64,000 bases of DNA from Eledone cirrhosa (GCA_964016885.1 OZ024756.1:31000001-31064000), one strand, 5' to 3'. Numbered from the stretch's first letter, positions 40,258-54,031 are shown. Numbers and translations: made by a program. The notes: a model not told the origin generated them from the letters alone.

Positions 40258-40645
40258 TCGTTAGAGGGTTGGACGCCATGCTTTGCAGCATAGAGTTACG
40301 GCCCTTTATGATCTCATTTTAAATCCTACCGTGGTTAACTTTGCTTTTCATCCTTACGGCGTCGATAAAATAAAGTACCAGTCACGCATTGGGTTGATTT
40401 AATCGAGTTTCTCCTTCCCCCAAATTGCTGGCCTTCTGCCTATGTAAGAAACCCTTATTACGTAATTTCTCTCAATTGCCATTAAGCATATTGCGATGGA
40501 AATATCAAGTAACTGATTATTACTTTAAGGCCAGCTGGTTGGAAGTATCGGTACAGCATCGGACAACATAATTTGTGGTATTGAATTACGACTCTTTACA
40601 TTCTGAGTTCAAATCCCCCCGAGATTTGCTTTGCCTTTCTTCCTT
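40258..40645 (+). mobile_element. Two SINE family 1 copies
   Basis: Matches at 40258-40455 and 40528-40645. Confidence 0.82.
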
Positions 40646-40710
40646 AATTATGTAGCATTAATTTGAATAATGGTTTTAATAATCTTGATTAGTAATACTT
40701 CACATACACT

Positions 40711-40759
<49 letters not shown>

Positions 40760-40804
40760 ATGTGTGTGTGGAGAAATATAGTTAATAGATAAATACATAT
40801 ATTG

Positions 40805-41218
40805 ATATATATTTATTAAAATAACAGATTAAAGTTTAAGCAAAGAATCGCAGCTTTCACCCTTAACGGGATCTTCTGAAACATTAGTCTTGCGCGTAAT
40901 TGTTTTTCACCGCTCCTATTAATGACGTATTATTCGTTTTTTCCCGTTCTTTGCCAGCGAACGTTACCACGAACCAAAGTATCGTCTTCCTGTCTTCCTC
41001 CGGTTGCAATGTTTTTTGAAATATCCAGTTCTGCGTTTACAGATTGACTTTGTTAGTTTCAGAAGATCCCGTTAAGGGTGAAAGCAGAGATTCTTTGCTT
41101 AAACTTTAATCTGTTATTTTAATAAATATTTGCTCTACGGTTCTTATATATTTGATATATATTTTCCTTATCGAGCCCTCTTTGGATTTTAGTCTTCAAT
41201 TTTATTATTATTACTATA
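40805..41218 (+). mobile_element. PLE-like family B, most complete copy, with inverted pseudo-LTR and HHR-like motifs
   Basis: 40809-40882 is the inverse of about 41056-41129; motif agttt-CAGAAGA-tccc gttaa gggt-GAA-AGCA..TGCT-T-aaact. Confidence 0.8.
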
Positions 41219-41221
41219 TTG

Positions 41222-41292
<71 letters not shown>

Positions 41293-41723
41293 TTGATATA
41301 AGGTGTCTATACCAGTAAGAAATTACCAAACTGCAAACATAAACCAAAGACTACTTAATATGGAAAGAAGAAAAAGAAGAAGAAGAAGAAGAAGAAAAAG
41401 AAGAAGAACAACAACAACAATAACAACAACAACAAACAACAACATGAAGCACACAAGAAACAAGATTGATTTTTTTTTTTAAATCAATCTCAATTATATT
41501 TATCTTACTTAACAAAATTCACAGAAAGTTTCGGAACCAAACTTGTTCTTACTCCTACACTCACTCGTGTGTGCGATCATTAAAACGGTTTGGTATTTTT
41601 TCCCAGGCAACCTGACATTTATTATCGAAAGTCATAGCGTGGTGCTTCTATAAAATGGTCAGAAATGAAAAAATAATGTTTTTAAACGTAACACACACAG
41701 ACACACACAAAAAAAAGAAATAA

Positions 41724-41764
<41 letters not shown>

Positions 41765-41840
41765 TATTTATATATATGTATGTATGTATACATATATATA
41801 TATGCATGTATATGTCTGTATGTATATGTATATATATATG

Positions 41841-41872
<32 letters not shown>

Positions 41873-42085
41873 TGTATATGTGTGTGTGTGTATATACGTG
41901 CATATATAAATATGTATATTTATGTATATATATATATATGTATCTATCTATTTATATATGTCTATACATATGTATATGTATATATATATATGTTTATATA
42001 TATATGTATCTCTCTATATATATACATATATATATATATATGTGTGTGTGTGTGTATATATATATCCAGTATCTATAAATATATA

Positions 42086-42154
<69 letters not shown>

Positions 42155-42370
42155 GTTACTAAAAGATTTTTAGCAAGGGGGTAGTTAAATGTATTTTTAT
42201 TACTTACGACAGAAATCACTTCGAAAACAACATTAATGTAATACTTATATTACAAAAGATATTTTGACATAAGAATATTCTTGTTCTGTTATTTTTGGTG
42301 GGGTTTTGTTTTCATTTCTTTTTCTGCTTTTTGGTTCGCCCCCCTCACCACGCCTCTTTCGCTCTCGCTC

Positions 42371-42415
<45 letters not shown>

Positions 42416-42441
42416 CCTCTCTCTCTCTCTCTCTCTCTCCC

Positions 42442-42474
<33 letters not shown>

Positions 42475-42778
42475 GTTCTCTCTCCCCGTCTCTCTCGAAT
42501 TCTCTGTCTTTCTATTTATCTCGCTCTCTCTCACTCTCTGTTATTCGCCTTCTCTCTCTCGTTCTCTATTCCTGTCTCTCTCCATTTCTCTGTCTGTCTC
42601 TCCCTCTCTCTCTCTCTCTCTCTCTGTTACTTGCTTTTTTTCTCTCTCTCCCAATCTCTCTCTCTAGTTAACTCTCAATCTCTCTGAGCTTCTCTCTCAC
42701 TCTCTTTCTCTTTCGCTCTCTCTACTTCTCCCTCTCTCTCTTTCTCTCTCGCCATCTTTCACTCTATTTTCCCTATCT

Positions 42779-42825
<47 letters not shown>

Positions 42826-43132
42826 CCCCCACACACCCTTTCTTTATTTCTCCCACCCCCTCCCGCTGGAGGTAGGCGGCATGGAGGCGACGAAGTTAAA
42901 ACAAAATTAAAAAAGAACGAAGTGGGTTTCATCTACCAATTTATCAAAATCTGAAGTACCTAAATAAAATAATAGCATACACTCACGCACAAACAAACAA
43001 AACTATGAATATATACATACATTCACAATGGAGTGTATATATATATATATATATATATCCAGTATATATATAATTATATATATATCTAAAATCTAAAGTC
43101 TGTCTTAAGCCAGAAGGCTCATTTGGCCGGTG

Positions 43133-43219
<87 letters not shown>

Positions 43220-43324
43220 GTATATATATATATATATGTATATATGTATACATAATGTATATATATATATGTATATATATATATATAAATATATATATAA
43301 TGTATATATATATATATATATATA

Positions 43325-43470
<146 letters not shown>

Positions 43471-43534
43471 TATATAATGTATATATATGTATATATATAT
43501 ATATACATAATGTATATATATATATGTATATATA

Positions 43535-43829
43535 TATAATATAAAAAAACGAAAAATCAGTGATGCAGAAAATTATCTGTGATATTTGCTCCGAAAGCAT
43601 TGCATGTGTCCGAAGAACCTGCAGTTGTAGAATCAGGCAGATCCATACAATGATCATGTCTCGAGCTATATGCCGGCGAAACAATTGTTACACGCAATAA
43701 ACCGAAATTTTCTCACAAGGTTTTCACTGATTTTTCGTTTTTTTATATTATCCACACTCTGCTCTGTAACAACATTGAGTGCTCAACTGTCATACCCTAT
43801 GGAAGCACCATAGCTACCGTTAAACACAC

Positions 43830-43830
<1 letters not shown>
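43535..43830 (+). mobile_element. PLE-like family D with HHR-like motif (43606-43693)
   Basis: gtgt-CCGAAGA..-GAA-ACAATTGT-T-acac; short inverted terminal piece ataatataaaaaaacgaaaaatcagtga; TA flanks. Confidence 0.75.
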
Positions 43831-43883
<53 letters not shown>

Positions 43884-44198
43884 ATATATATATATATATA
43901 TATGGATCTTTCTACTCATTCTAGGTCGACTTACCTTGGCCGCAGCCAAAGCTTCGATTTTACTAAGCTTCCATTTGTATATATATACATATATATATAA
44001 CCTGTTTGTTCTATCGTTACTTTGGTATAGTATTGTGTGTTAGATTTGCCTACCACAATGTTCGATTTGTCAAGCTATTTAAACGTATGTTATTACTCTA
44101 AGGCCTTAACTTATCGAGTGCTTTGCTAACTCATCATTTCATATAAGTAGGCCGAATTTACTTGCAAACCGTCAGAGATTCGATTTTACTAAATTTCC

Positions 44199-44233
<35 letters not shown>

Positions 44234-44375
44234 AAAGTTTTATTTAAAATTGTTGGGATGGATACAACAAGTAAATATTTTTATAACTGATATAAAGCAC
44301 TCGACAAGTATTTGGAGTAGATATACGATATTAATAAATGGAAACTATATTTATAAAACCATATTTATTTCATTA

Positions 44376-44426
44376 TACATATTTCAGGGATACCAAATTA
44401 AATTATGGTATGCCTTCATCAGACAA
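44376..44426 (-). ncRNA. Degenerate type I hammerhead motif
   Basis: Minus strand CTGATGA-agg c atacca..tggtat c cct-GAAATATGTA; stem I pairs poorly. Confidence 0.45.
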
Positions 44427-44611
44427 AATACAATATATAACAGTTTTACAAATAAGCTTTGACGTACCCTATTAAAATGCAACCATTGTTTTTGGAAGTC
44501 ATCCGGATGACTTCCCAAAACAATGGTTGCATACTCAATATATATATATATATATATATTGAGTACTATGGTGCGTTATGGTCCATCTGGCTCCTAACCA
44601 CAATTCCTTCG

Positions 44612-44678
<67 letters not shown>

Positions 44679-45200
44679 TTATGTCATAGATCTGTCTATG
44701 CATGCGTGTGTATGAGTGCGTACACGTTTCTGTTTGTGGGTATGCCAAAGTGTATCAATATCTATCTATCAATATATGTGAGTATTACATTATTACATTA
44801 TGAAAAAACTCTCTTCATATTACGTAATGGTTCTATGTTTTGCAGAATTCCACTGTAATAATGTAATGTCACTGGCATGGACATTACTTTCTTGTATATC
44901 AGTTGGTTGGACAGTAATGGTATAACAGTCGTTAACCGTATGTTTATTCAGATTTAATTAAAGAAGGAAACAATTCTATAGTCTTTTAAGTGGTGGATGG
45001 GGGGGGGGGGGGGTATCTGGGGTTTTTTTCATTTTTTTGTGTGTTTGTTTTTTTGGTTTGTTTGTTTTCTTTGTTTTGTTGTTTAGTTGTTTTTTTTTGT
45101 TTTTTTTTTTTGTTTCTTCAAAAGTTAATTACTTTTTAATCACAAAATGTTCTGTTTACGTTCGAGAAACATACTACTGCTGTTGGTGCTACTGGTGCTT

Positions 45201-45253
<53 letters not shown>

Positions 45254-45360
45254 GCTACTACTACTACTCCTACTACTCCTACTACTACTACTGCTGCTAC
45301 TGGTGGTGCTGCTACTGAGGATGAAGATGATATAACAACTACTACTACTACTACTACTAC

Positions 45361-45425
<65 letters not shown>

Positions 45426-45513
45426 CATGCCTCCCACCACCACCACATCTACAACAGCTGCAATTAACTGCAACCACAACGATGAAAACCGACAACTACA
45501 CCTCTCTCTCTAT

Positions 45514-45549
<36 letters not shown>

Positions 45550-45689
45550 GGGAGAGAGAGAGCGAGAGAGAGAGAGAGAGAAAGAGATAAACACACGTAT
45601 ATACATATAAATATATATGTGTGTGTACGCGTATACATATATGTGTGTGTGTATATCTGTGGTTAACCCCGACTCAACCCGGGACCTAC

Positions 45690-45738
<49 letters not shown>

Positions 45739-45753
45739 TATACACACACACAC

Positions 45754-45840
<87 letters not shown>

Positions 45841-46031
45841 CATACATACATACATACATACATACATACATACATACATACATACATACACACATACATA
45901 CATACATACATATTTCATGAAGATAGCCTGAAATTAATATGGCAGAATTATAATTATTTTTTGTACGGTTTTCTTTTGTTCACAAGTGGAATATAGAACT
46001 AGGCTATATATATCTACATATATCTGTCTCT

Positions 46032-46153
<122 letters not shown>

Positions 46154-46254
46154 TTCACTTTCGTTATTTCTTCCTTCCTCTTTCTCTCCCTCTTGGGTTT
46201 AATTATTTTCCTCGTAACTCTTTCACCATTACTCTCTCCTACGACTCTGTCATG

Positions 46255-46330
<76 letters not shown>

Positions 46331-46421
46331 TATTAAATTGTTAAACAATATTCGATTATGTCAAAGAATGATTTTTACAGTAGATTGGAAGCACTCAACG
46401 TAAAGTAATTTTCAGGAGTTA

Positions 46422-46500
<79 letters not shown>

Positions 46501-46977
46501 TGACTTTTGGGATCCTCCCATACAGCTGTGAGTTTTTCATCCTCAGTGTATACTGATTAATGTTCAGAGCCATCCTCAGCATTCTCGTGTAGCACCCATC
46601 CACCATCTGAGTGAGTTTCTTGGTCAGTGTCCAAGTCTCAGACCCATACAGCAGCACAGACTCCACTACAGCAATGAAGAGGCGGATTTTCAGGTCTCTA
46701 CGAAGGTCCGACTTCCACACCGATCTCAAAAGTGACACAGAGGAGACTGAGGTTAGCTGGACATGCTCACCGACATCCAGAGTTGACATTGCACTCAGTA
46801 CTCCTTTGGGAGCCCCTACATGGACACACTAGAAGAGGAAAACCAAGGTTAACGTATGTTGATGCCCTAAGGTCAGACACTGGTCTGTTGGAGACGCAGG
46901 ACATGGCAGCGATAATGAGGGACAGAGACCGCTGGAGAGAACTCGTCCATGGATCTCGGGAATTTTACCCGCCTTAG
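46501..46977. mobile_element. RTE-clade LINE 3' fragment with inverted 5' segment
   Basis: Minus 46501-46730: VWKSDLRRDLKIRLF..ESVLLYGSETWTLTKK..DGCYTRMLR..LYGRIPKV; plus 46726-46977: SKVTQRRLRLAGH..RGKPRLTYVD..DRDRWR; these are consecutive RTE post-RT motifs. Confidence 0.92.
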
Positions 46978-47050
46978 ATAGATATAGATATGTGTGTGTA
47001 TGTGTGTGTATGTGTGTGTATATATATATATATATGCATATATATGTATG

Positions 47051-47091
<41 letters not shown>

Positions 47092-47107
47092 GTGAAACAT
47101 ATATATG

Positions 47108-47200
<93 letters not shown>

Positions 47201-47208
47201 GATAATAT

Positions 47209-47690
47209 ATTTCTTTATTAGCCACAAGGGCGCACAAGAAAAGGGGACAATACAAAGACATGTCGGGGATTTTACATACAGTCGTGTAAAAAATATAAAA
47301 ACAAACAATTACAACAATCGAAATCCCCAATAGGGGGGAGGCGCCACAAATGGGTTGTTTAATACCCTGTCGATAGAACAACCCTCAACTTCAGGAGCGT
47401 GTTGTGCAAGTGCCCCTTTCTTCCCTTTGCTCTCTTCTTTAACCTACAGGCTTATAAACAGAGAAGGCCCCATCACTCGGGCCATTTTAGCTTCATTCAC
47501 CCACCTTTCAGTAAATTTACTGGGGTGCAGTGCCTCTCTCTCCACTCTGATTCTCCTTCTAAAGTGATACTTAAAGAAGGGATTCAATTGTTGTCCGGAG
47601 AGAAAGGCATCTGTCCTCAGTCCTCTCAACCTCGTCCACCATATAACTTCTTTCACCATAACCACCGCACAGAAGAAAACCGCCTCTCTT
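47209..47690 (-). mobile_element. L1/Tx1-like LINE 3' end (ORF2 C-terminus plus 3' UTR)
   Basis: VKEVIWWTR..RIRVER..FTERW fits the K..IW..R and F...W pattern of L1/Tx1 ORF2 ends; terminus gtggctaataaagaaat. Confidence 0.75.
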
Positions 47691-47720
47691 TAGATAGATA
47701 AATAGATAGATAGATAGATA

Positions 47721-48089
47721 TATTTCTTTATTAGCCACAGGGGCACAAAAGAAGGGGACAAATACAAAGGGGGAAGTTTACATACAATAAAAACGTGTAA
47801 AATGTTATCACAGATGGAATTTAAAAGTTAGTCGATTTTCCCCAATAGAGGGAGACAGTTTATATGGGTAACACATACCCCCGAAAAAAAATGTGCAACC
47901 CTCATCTCCAGGAGTACGAAGAGCTTGTACTCCTTTCCTCTCCTCCTCCTTTTCCTCAACCTACAGGCTGATATAGAGAGAAGGCCCATTCACTCGGGCC
48001 ATTCTCGCCACTTTCACCCACCTTTCATAAAACTTGCTGGGGTACAGCACCTCTCTCTCCATGCTGATTCTTCTTCCAAAGTGGTATTT

Positions 48090-48145
<56 letters not shown>

Positions 48146-48513
48146 TATTTCTTTATTAGCCACAGGGGCACAAAAGAAGGGGACAAATACAAAGGGGGAA
48201 GTTTACATACAATAAAAACGTGTAAAATGTTATCACAGATGGAATTTAAAAGTTAGTCGATTTTCCCCAATAGAGGGAGACAGTTTATATGGGTAACACA
48301 TACCCCCGAAAAAAATGTGCAACCCTCATCTCCAGGAGTACGAAGAGCTTGTACTCCTTTCCTCTCCTCCTCCTTTTCCTCAATCTACAGGCTGATATAG
48401 AGAGAAGGCCCATTCACTCGGGCCATTCTCGCCACTTTCACCCACCTTTCATAAAACTTGCTGGGGTACAGCACCTCTCTCTCCATGCTGATTCTTCTTC
48501 CAAAGTGGTATTT

Positions 48514-48514
<1 letters not shown>
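47721..48514 (-). mobile_element. Two near-identical L1/Tx1-like 3' ends separated by (GATA)n
   Basis: 47721-48090 and 48146-48514 share the same 5' truncation point; diverged relative of 47209-47690. Confidence 0.8.
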
Positions 48515-48597
<83 letters not shown>

Positions 48598-48674
48598 TTT
48601 CTCTCAGCGAAATTATTGAATTATGTTCTTAGATTACATTGGTACAAGACTTGAAATATATACCATGAATATCA

Positions 48675-48720
<46 letters not shown>

Positions 48721-48853
48721 GCAGCAGCATCATCATCATCATCATCACCATCATTATCATCATCATCATTATCATCATTATCATCAGTATACTCTATATG
48801 TTCAATATGTGTGTGATATTTTTTTATCATTTGCGAAAAAAAAAATGCTTTTA

Positions 48854-48972
48854 ATAATTGTTTCTACTTTTTGGCACAAGGCCAGCAATTATCCCAGTGT
48901 ATTACTGGTACTTTATTTTATCGACCCCGTAAGGATGAAAGGCAAAGTGAACCTCGGCGAGATTTGAACTCA
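48854..48972 (-). mobile_element. SINE family 1, 3' half
   Basis: Antisense match. Confidence 0.88.
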
Positions 48973-49016
48973 TCTCTTTCGTTGACCACTAGAGCGTCTT
49001 GGGTTTAACTACAGAA

Positions 49017-49620
49017 GTTGTTGTCGTTGTTGCTGTTGTAGGTGGTGCTGTTCTCCTTGTTGCTGTTGTAGGTGGTGCTGTTCTCCTTGTTGCTGTTGTA
49101 GGTTGTGCTGTTGTCGTTGGTGCTGTTGTCGTTGGTGCTGTTGTAGGTGGTGCTGTTGTAGGTGGTGCTGTTGTCTTTGTTGTTGTTGTCGTTGTTGCTA
49201 TAGTCGTTGTTGCTGTTGTCGTTGGTGCTGTTGTAGGTGGTGCTGTTGTCGCTGGTGCTGTTGTAGGTGGTGCTGTTGTCGCTGGTGCTGTTGTCGTTGT
49301 TGCTGTTGTCGGTTTTGCTGCTGTCGCTGCTGCTATTGTCGGTGTTACTGTCGTTGTTGCTGTTGTTGTTGTTCATGTTGTTATTGTTATTGTTGTCGTT
49401 GCTATTGTCATTGTTACGGTGGTTCTTGTTACTGTTGTCGTTGTTACTGTTGTTATTGTTACTGTCTTCCTTGTTGCTGTTGTCGTTGTTATTGTTGTAG
49501 GTGGTGTTTTTGTCGTTGGTGCTGTTGTCGTTGTTACTGTTGTCGTTGTTACTGTTGTCACTGTTGCTGTTGTTATTGTTACTGTCTTCCTTGTTGCTGT
49601 TGTCGTTGTTATTGTTTTTA
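49017..49620. repeat. GTT-derived 15/24-bp degenerate minisatellite
   Basis: Units such as ggtgctgttgtaggt and gttgctgttgtcgtt. Confidence 0.85.
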
Positions 49621-50275
49621 TATTTGTAATGTCTTAGAGAAGGAAGTGCAGCCTTTATAATCATTCTCAGCGAGCCTCTGTCACTGGTGTCAAGGACGAT
49701 ATAACGGAAAGATTGAAAGAAGAAAAGAGTGGAGGGAAAGAAAGGAGAGGAAGAAAGGAAGGAAGAAAGAATAGAAAGATAGGAAGGAATGAATGAAGGA
49801 AGGAAGGAAGGAAGAAAGATAGGAAGGATGATAGGGAGGACGACGCTATCCCTTTTACCAGAGAAACAGAACAGACTGAATGTGTGCAGGCAAGTTCTCC
49901 TTGCTAAATGCACGAATGTCCCAAGAGGGGATTTTTAAACCGGGCAAAAGGAACGTCTTTGATCATGTCTCACTCTCTTGCCTCTCACAGAACTAAACAT
50001 CAATAACAATAATAATAATAATAACAACAATAATAACGACAATAACAACAACATGGCTCCCTCCGCCCCCTCTTTCACTAATAGTATTACTACGAGATAG
50101 CAGTAACGTTTGATGCTTAAAATTCACCTAAATATTCAGAAACATGAAAGAAAAGCAGTTAATTCTCTTCAGAGTCATTCTAATCCGTATTTCTCTTAAG
50201 ATGGCCATTAGAATAAAATTCTTTGTACAAGGATTAGTTTTCAATAATAGTGTAAGAATAAATGCTGCTGCAATG

Positions 50276-50311
<36 letters not shown>

Positions 50312-50340
<29 letters not shown>

Positions 50341-50415
50341 AAGAAGAAGAAGAAGAAGAAGAAGAAGAAGAAGAAGAAGAAGAAGAAGAAGAAGAAGAAG
50401 AAGAAGAAGAAGAAG
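50312..50415. repeat. (AAG)n microsatellite preceded by (AAT)n
   Basis: Direct inspection. Confidence 0.97.
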
Positions 50416-50821
50416 ACATTACACACTGCAATGAGTCGGGATTGAGGAATGAGACAATATATCAATGAAATTTAATTGCTTTTCTTTATATCTTAGTTTC
50501 GTCGCACTAGTCTTCTAATATACTTTACCACTTGGTTTATTGGTTTTATTTTCACTTTCAAATCTCTGTTTGATAAATCCTATATCAGTAGATGTTTACA
50601 CTTAGACTCAAGTAAGATTGCATAAATTTATGCTTAAATGCGTCCCATAAATGACCATATTATCTCAGATTTATTTTTTACTTGATGTGTAGTGAGGATC
50701 AGGCCTAATATATATTTTTTTTCTAATCTGACGAATTGATACCTGTTTTGTAAAAGCCTCAAGTTGAAATTAACTGACATATGTGCCGGGAAATTGTTTA
50801 ACTACTTTATATACTCTATAG

Positions 50822-51040
50822 CAGGTATGTCAAACTGAGGCTCCTCCAAGGGCAACATATGTCACATATGTGTTGTCTGAGTCCGACACACGACAACTAA
50901 TTGCGTACATTACAACTAATTTTTAAAATCTCATATTACGAAAATAAAACATGCTCGCGCTGTAAAAACCGTTGTGCGGGCCACAAGTGTGCTTGTAAAG
51001 GGCCGTGTCCGGCCTGCAGGCTGCATGTTTGACATGCCTG
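50822..51040. mobile_element. Non-autonomous hAT (Charlie-like) DNA transposon, 219 bp
   Basis: TIRs caggtatgtcaaac / gtttgacatgcctg; 8-bp TSD ctctatag at 50814-50821 and 51041-51048. Confidence 0.9.
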
Positions 51041-51100
51041 CTCTATAGAATTACATAGCTAGTGGGAGAAAGCCAGAGATGTGTTGCCCTGTGGTAGAAT

Positions 51101-51402
51101 CTGGGTATAAGAGGAAACCAAAGATGTGAGCTAGAGAGAAGAATGATTTGGTACACACATGTGACGCGCATGAATGGGGATTGCTGGGTGAAGAAGCGCC
51201 AGGAAATCCTAGTGGTAGGAAACCACAGTAAAAGTAGCCCAAGGAAGACCAGGTCGGAGATGATGAGACCTGATCTCAAATCGCTGAAACTCACAAGGAG
51301 GATGACAAAAGTTCACGACTAGTGGAGAACTGGTGCGCTGAAAAGGACACGTTCAACCCATGCAAGCGGGGAAAAACGGGCGTAAAACCAATAAAGATGA
51401 TG
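51101..51402 (+). mobile_element. Degenerate RTE-type LINE 3' end
   Basis: LGIRG..ERRMIWYTHVTRMNGDCWVKK..PRKTRSEMMRPDL..D*WR resembles RTE RRLRWYGHV..GRPRKTW..DR..WR. Confidence 0.8.
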
Positions 51403-51531
51403 CATGAATTGACAGAGGAGGTTTGGATCTCTGATATAAGTTAATTTTGCTTTCCATCCTTTCAAGACTGATAAATAAAGTACAAATCTTATACTTGGGT
51501 CAATTCTCCATCTATGTCACACACACACACA

Positions 51532-51667
<136 letters not shown>

Positions 51668-51795
51668 CCTTTATCGCTGTAGTTATATCTGTTGTTTCCT
51701 GAGGTCAAAATCACCTTTCATTATTTGGTTCTCGGTAAACAACTTAGCCAAGGACTCCGATCCATCACCCCTCCCCGACTTTATCTCTCTATCTA

Positions 51796-51859
<64 letters not shown>

Positions 51860-52094
51860 GCTAGCTTTCTCCAGAGGATATCGGCTGTGCTCAGCCATGG
51901 AGAAGGGGTGTGGTCTCCTCCAGATTTTAATGCGTTAGACACGCTGCATATCATGAAAGCTCTCTTAGAATTCTATCAGGAGTTGAACAGTATTTTGTCA
52001 ACGCCTCCATATTTCATAAAATAAAGTACCAGTAATGTATTGGTAACTGCTGACCTTGTGCCAAAAATAGAAACAGTTATTGTTGGTGATATAG

Positions 52095-53480
52095 TTGTAG
52101 TCGGCATCTATACCCAGATTCAAATTAGTTCTGACTGAGCGGAGCTATGATTAGAGTCGTCCCACGATGACCATAGTGTTTCAGATTTTTTCAAACAACA
52201 ATATGTCCAATTGTTGTTGCTTTTATTCTCATCGTTGCTGTTGTTGCTGTTGATTCGACTAATATAATTCTGTTTGAGCAGACATAATTAAATTTATATC
52301 AGACATAACCACTGTTTGCTCATTCCTGTTCTTTTCCGGCATAAACTTCTGTATTTCTCTCTACACAATTAAATATTCTTGTTACTGTTTCTATTGGTGT
52401 TACTGTTTCTCTCCGTGGTTTTGTTGTTGCTGTGTAGACGCAATTTAGTTCTGATTTAGCAGACCTATGATTAACTGTGCCCCTGACATGACCATATTGT
52501 CACATTTCTGTGGCAGACATAGTATTCTCTCTCTAGATCTAAATAATATAGTGTTGTTACTGTTGCTGATATTGTTGTTATTGTTGTTATCGGTTTCGTT
52601 TATTTTTTTTCTTTTGGTTTATTTTTTTAGGGCTATTATTAGTTTTGTTGTCAATTATATTTATAACATCAGACAATATATAACACCATTGAAATATATG
52701 GATTATATCGACTCGGTTTTATTATCATACTCAACAAATCGATAGCCTTGCGACAATTTGTGGAAATTATGAGTGGTTGTTGTTGCTTTGGCAGTTGCTG
52801 TTTAACATCAGCTTAGCTCTAATTGAGCAGACCATGATCAAAGGTTTTAATACCACGGTTATCCATTTATTTATTTTCAGACATACATAATTTATCATTA
52901 CAGTATTCAATTCGCTTGCGTAACATATGTAAGAAGCAAGTAAGCAACAAGTAAGAAAAACAAACATAATTCTTCAGTATAGCCCTGTTTAGCCCCAGGC
53001 CGGCTGTAATAAGAGAGAATAATGATCAAAGGTGTGCTTGCCATGGCTACTTCCACCACGAATCCAACCCCGTGTTTTTATTAGAGGAGGGGTTACTGGA
53101 ATATATAACGTACGATTACACCACCAGCTCGTATACAACAAATACGAAAAAGACATTAATTCAATAGTTCCCTACCGTTTTAAAGATAAAATAGGAAGAC
53201 TTGAGGAAGATTTATCTGCTATTTCTAACAGATCAAGCTATAATGGTGAGGCATCCTTATTGAGTCTTACGCAACATAAATACATTTCGAAATTTCTCGG
53301 CAATTAATTAAAAGTTTACAAACCTTTGCTCAGAGGTTGAACTATATATATTAATTTTAATTTTAATAGAAACTTATTATTGAGCTCCTGGTCAGACCTA
53401 ATGTGGTTGACCTCTGGTCAAATGCTTTTCAATCATCATCAGTTCAACATGATTTCAGACACTGTGTATCCAGGACTGAA
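52095..53480 (+). repeat. Cluster of about six degenerate co-oriented copies of an unclassified repeat
   Basis: Recurring ttag(t/c)tctgat(t)gagcagacctatgat(c/t)aaag motif near 52105, 52265, 52445, 52810, 52990 and 53385. Confidence 0.5.
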
Positions 53481-54031
53481 TTACCAAATATGTCCTTTCG
53501 CTTTATAATTATGGAGAGTTTGCTGTGACGTAGATTTCGCTGATTAAGTAAGTCCGTAAATATATTTTCGAAATTTCGATAAAATTAATCAGAAATTTGT
53601 AAACTACTTGCAGTGAATTTCAAATTCATGCAAGTAGTAATAGAAACCTGTAATAACCTTCAGGTGATTTAACTCTTTCTGATTGGTTTTCTAATTTGTT
53701 GATAGTTAAATCATTTACACTTAACACCTGAAGTTTCAACATTGTTATAATGCAATTAAATGGACGCTGTCTTACTGAATGGTTAGGAAGTTCATTTCAC
53801 AATATGTCGCAGTTTCGCACTGCATGGCATTTGGGTATACGATCATGTACTATGTCCTTGAGTCGAGCTTAACTGTTTGAGAGCCTGTCTAATGGATTAT
53901 TCCTCTAATTCAAAGGGCCTCCCTTGTCACTCAGTCTTACACTGAATTTCTCTAAGAATTGTGTTGTGGGTACACGTGTTTATGAAATACTCATCAACAT
54001 TCACTACATTATAAGAAGGGGCTTGCTTTTT

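Noticed and set aside
49005-49913. 302-aa Asn/Ser-rich or mucin-like ORF
   Set aside because: Built from a minisatellite and GGAA repeats; the Thr-rich frame has an internal stop; a real exon cannot be fully excluded
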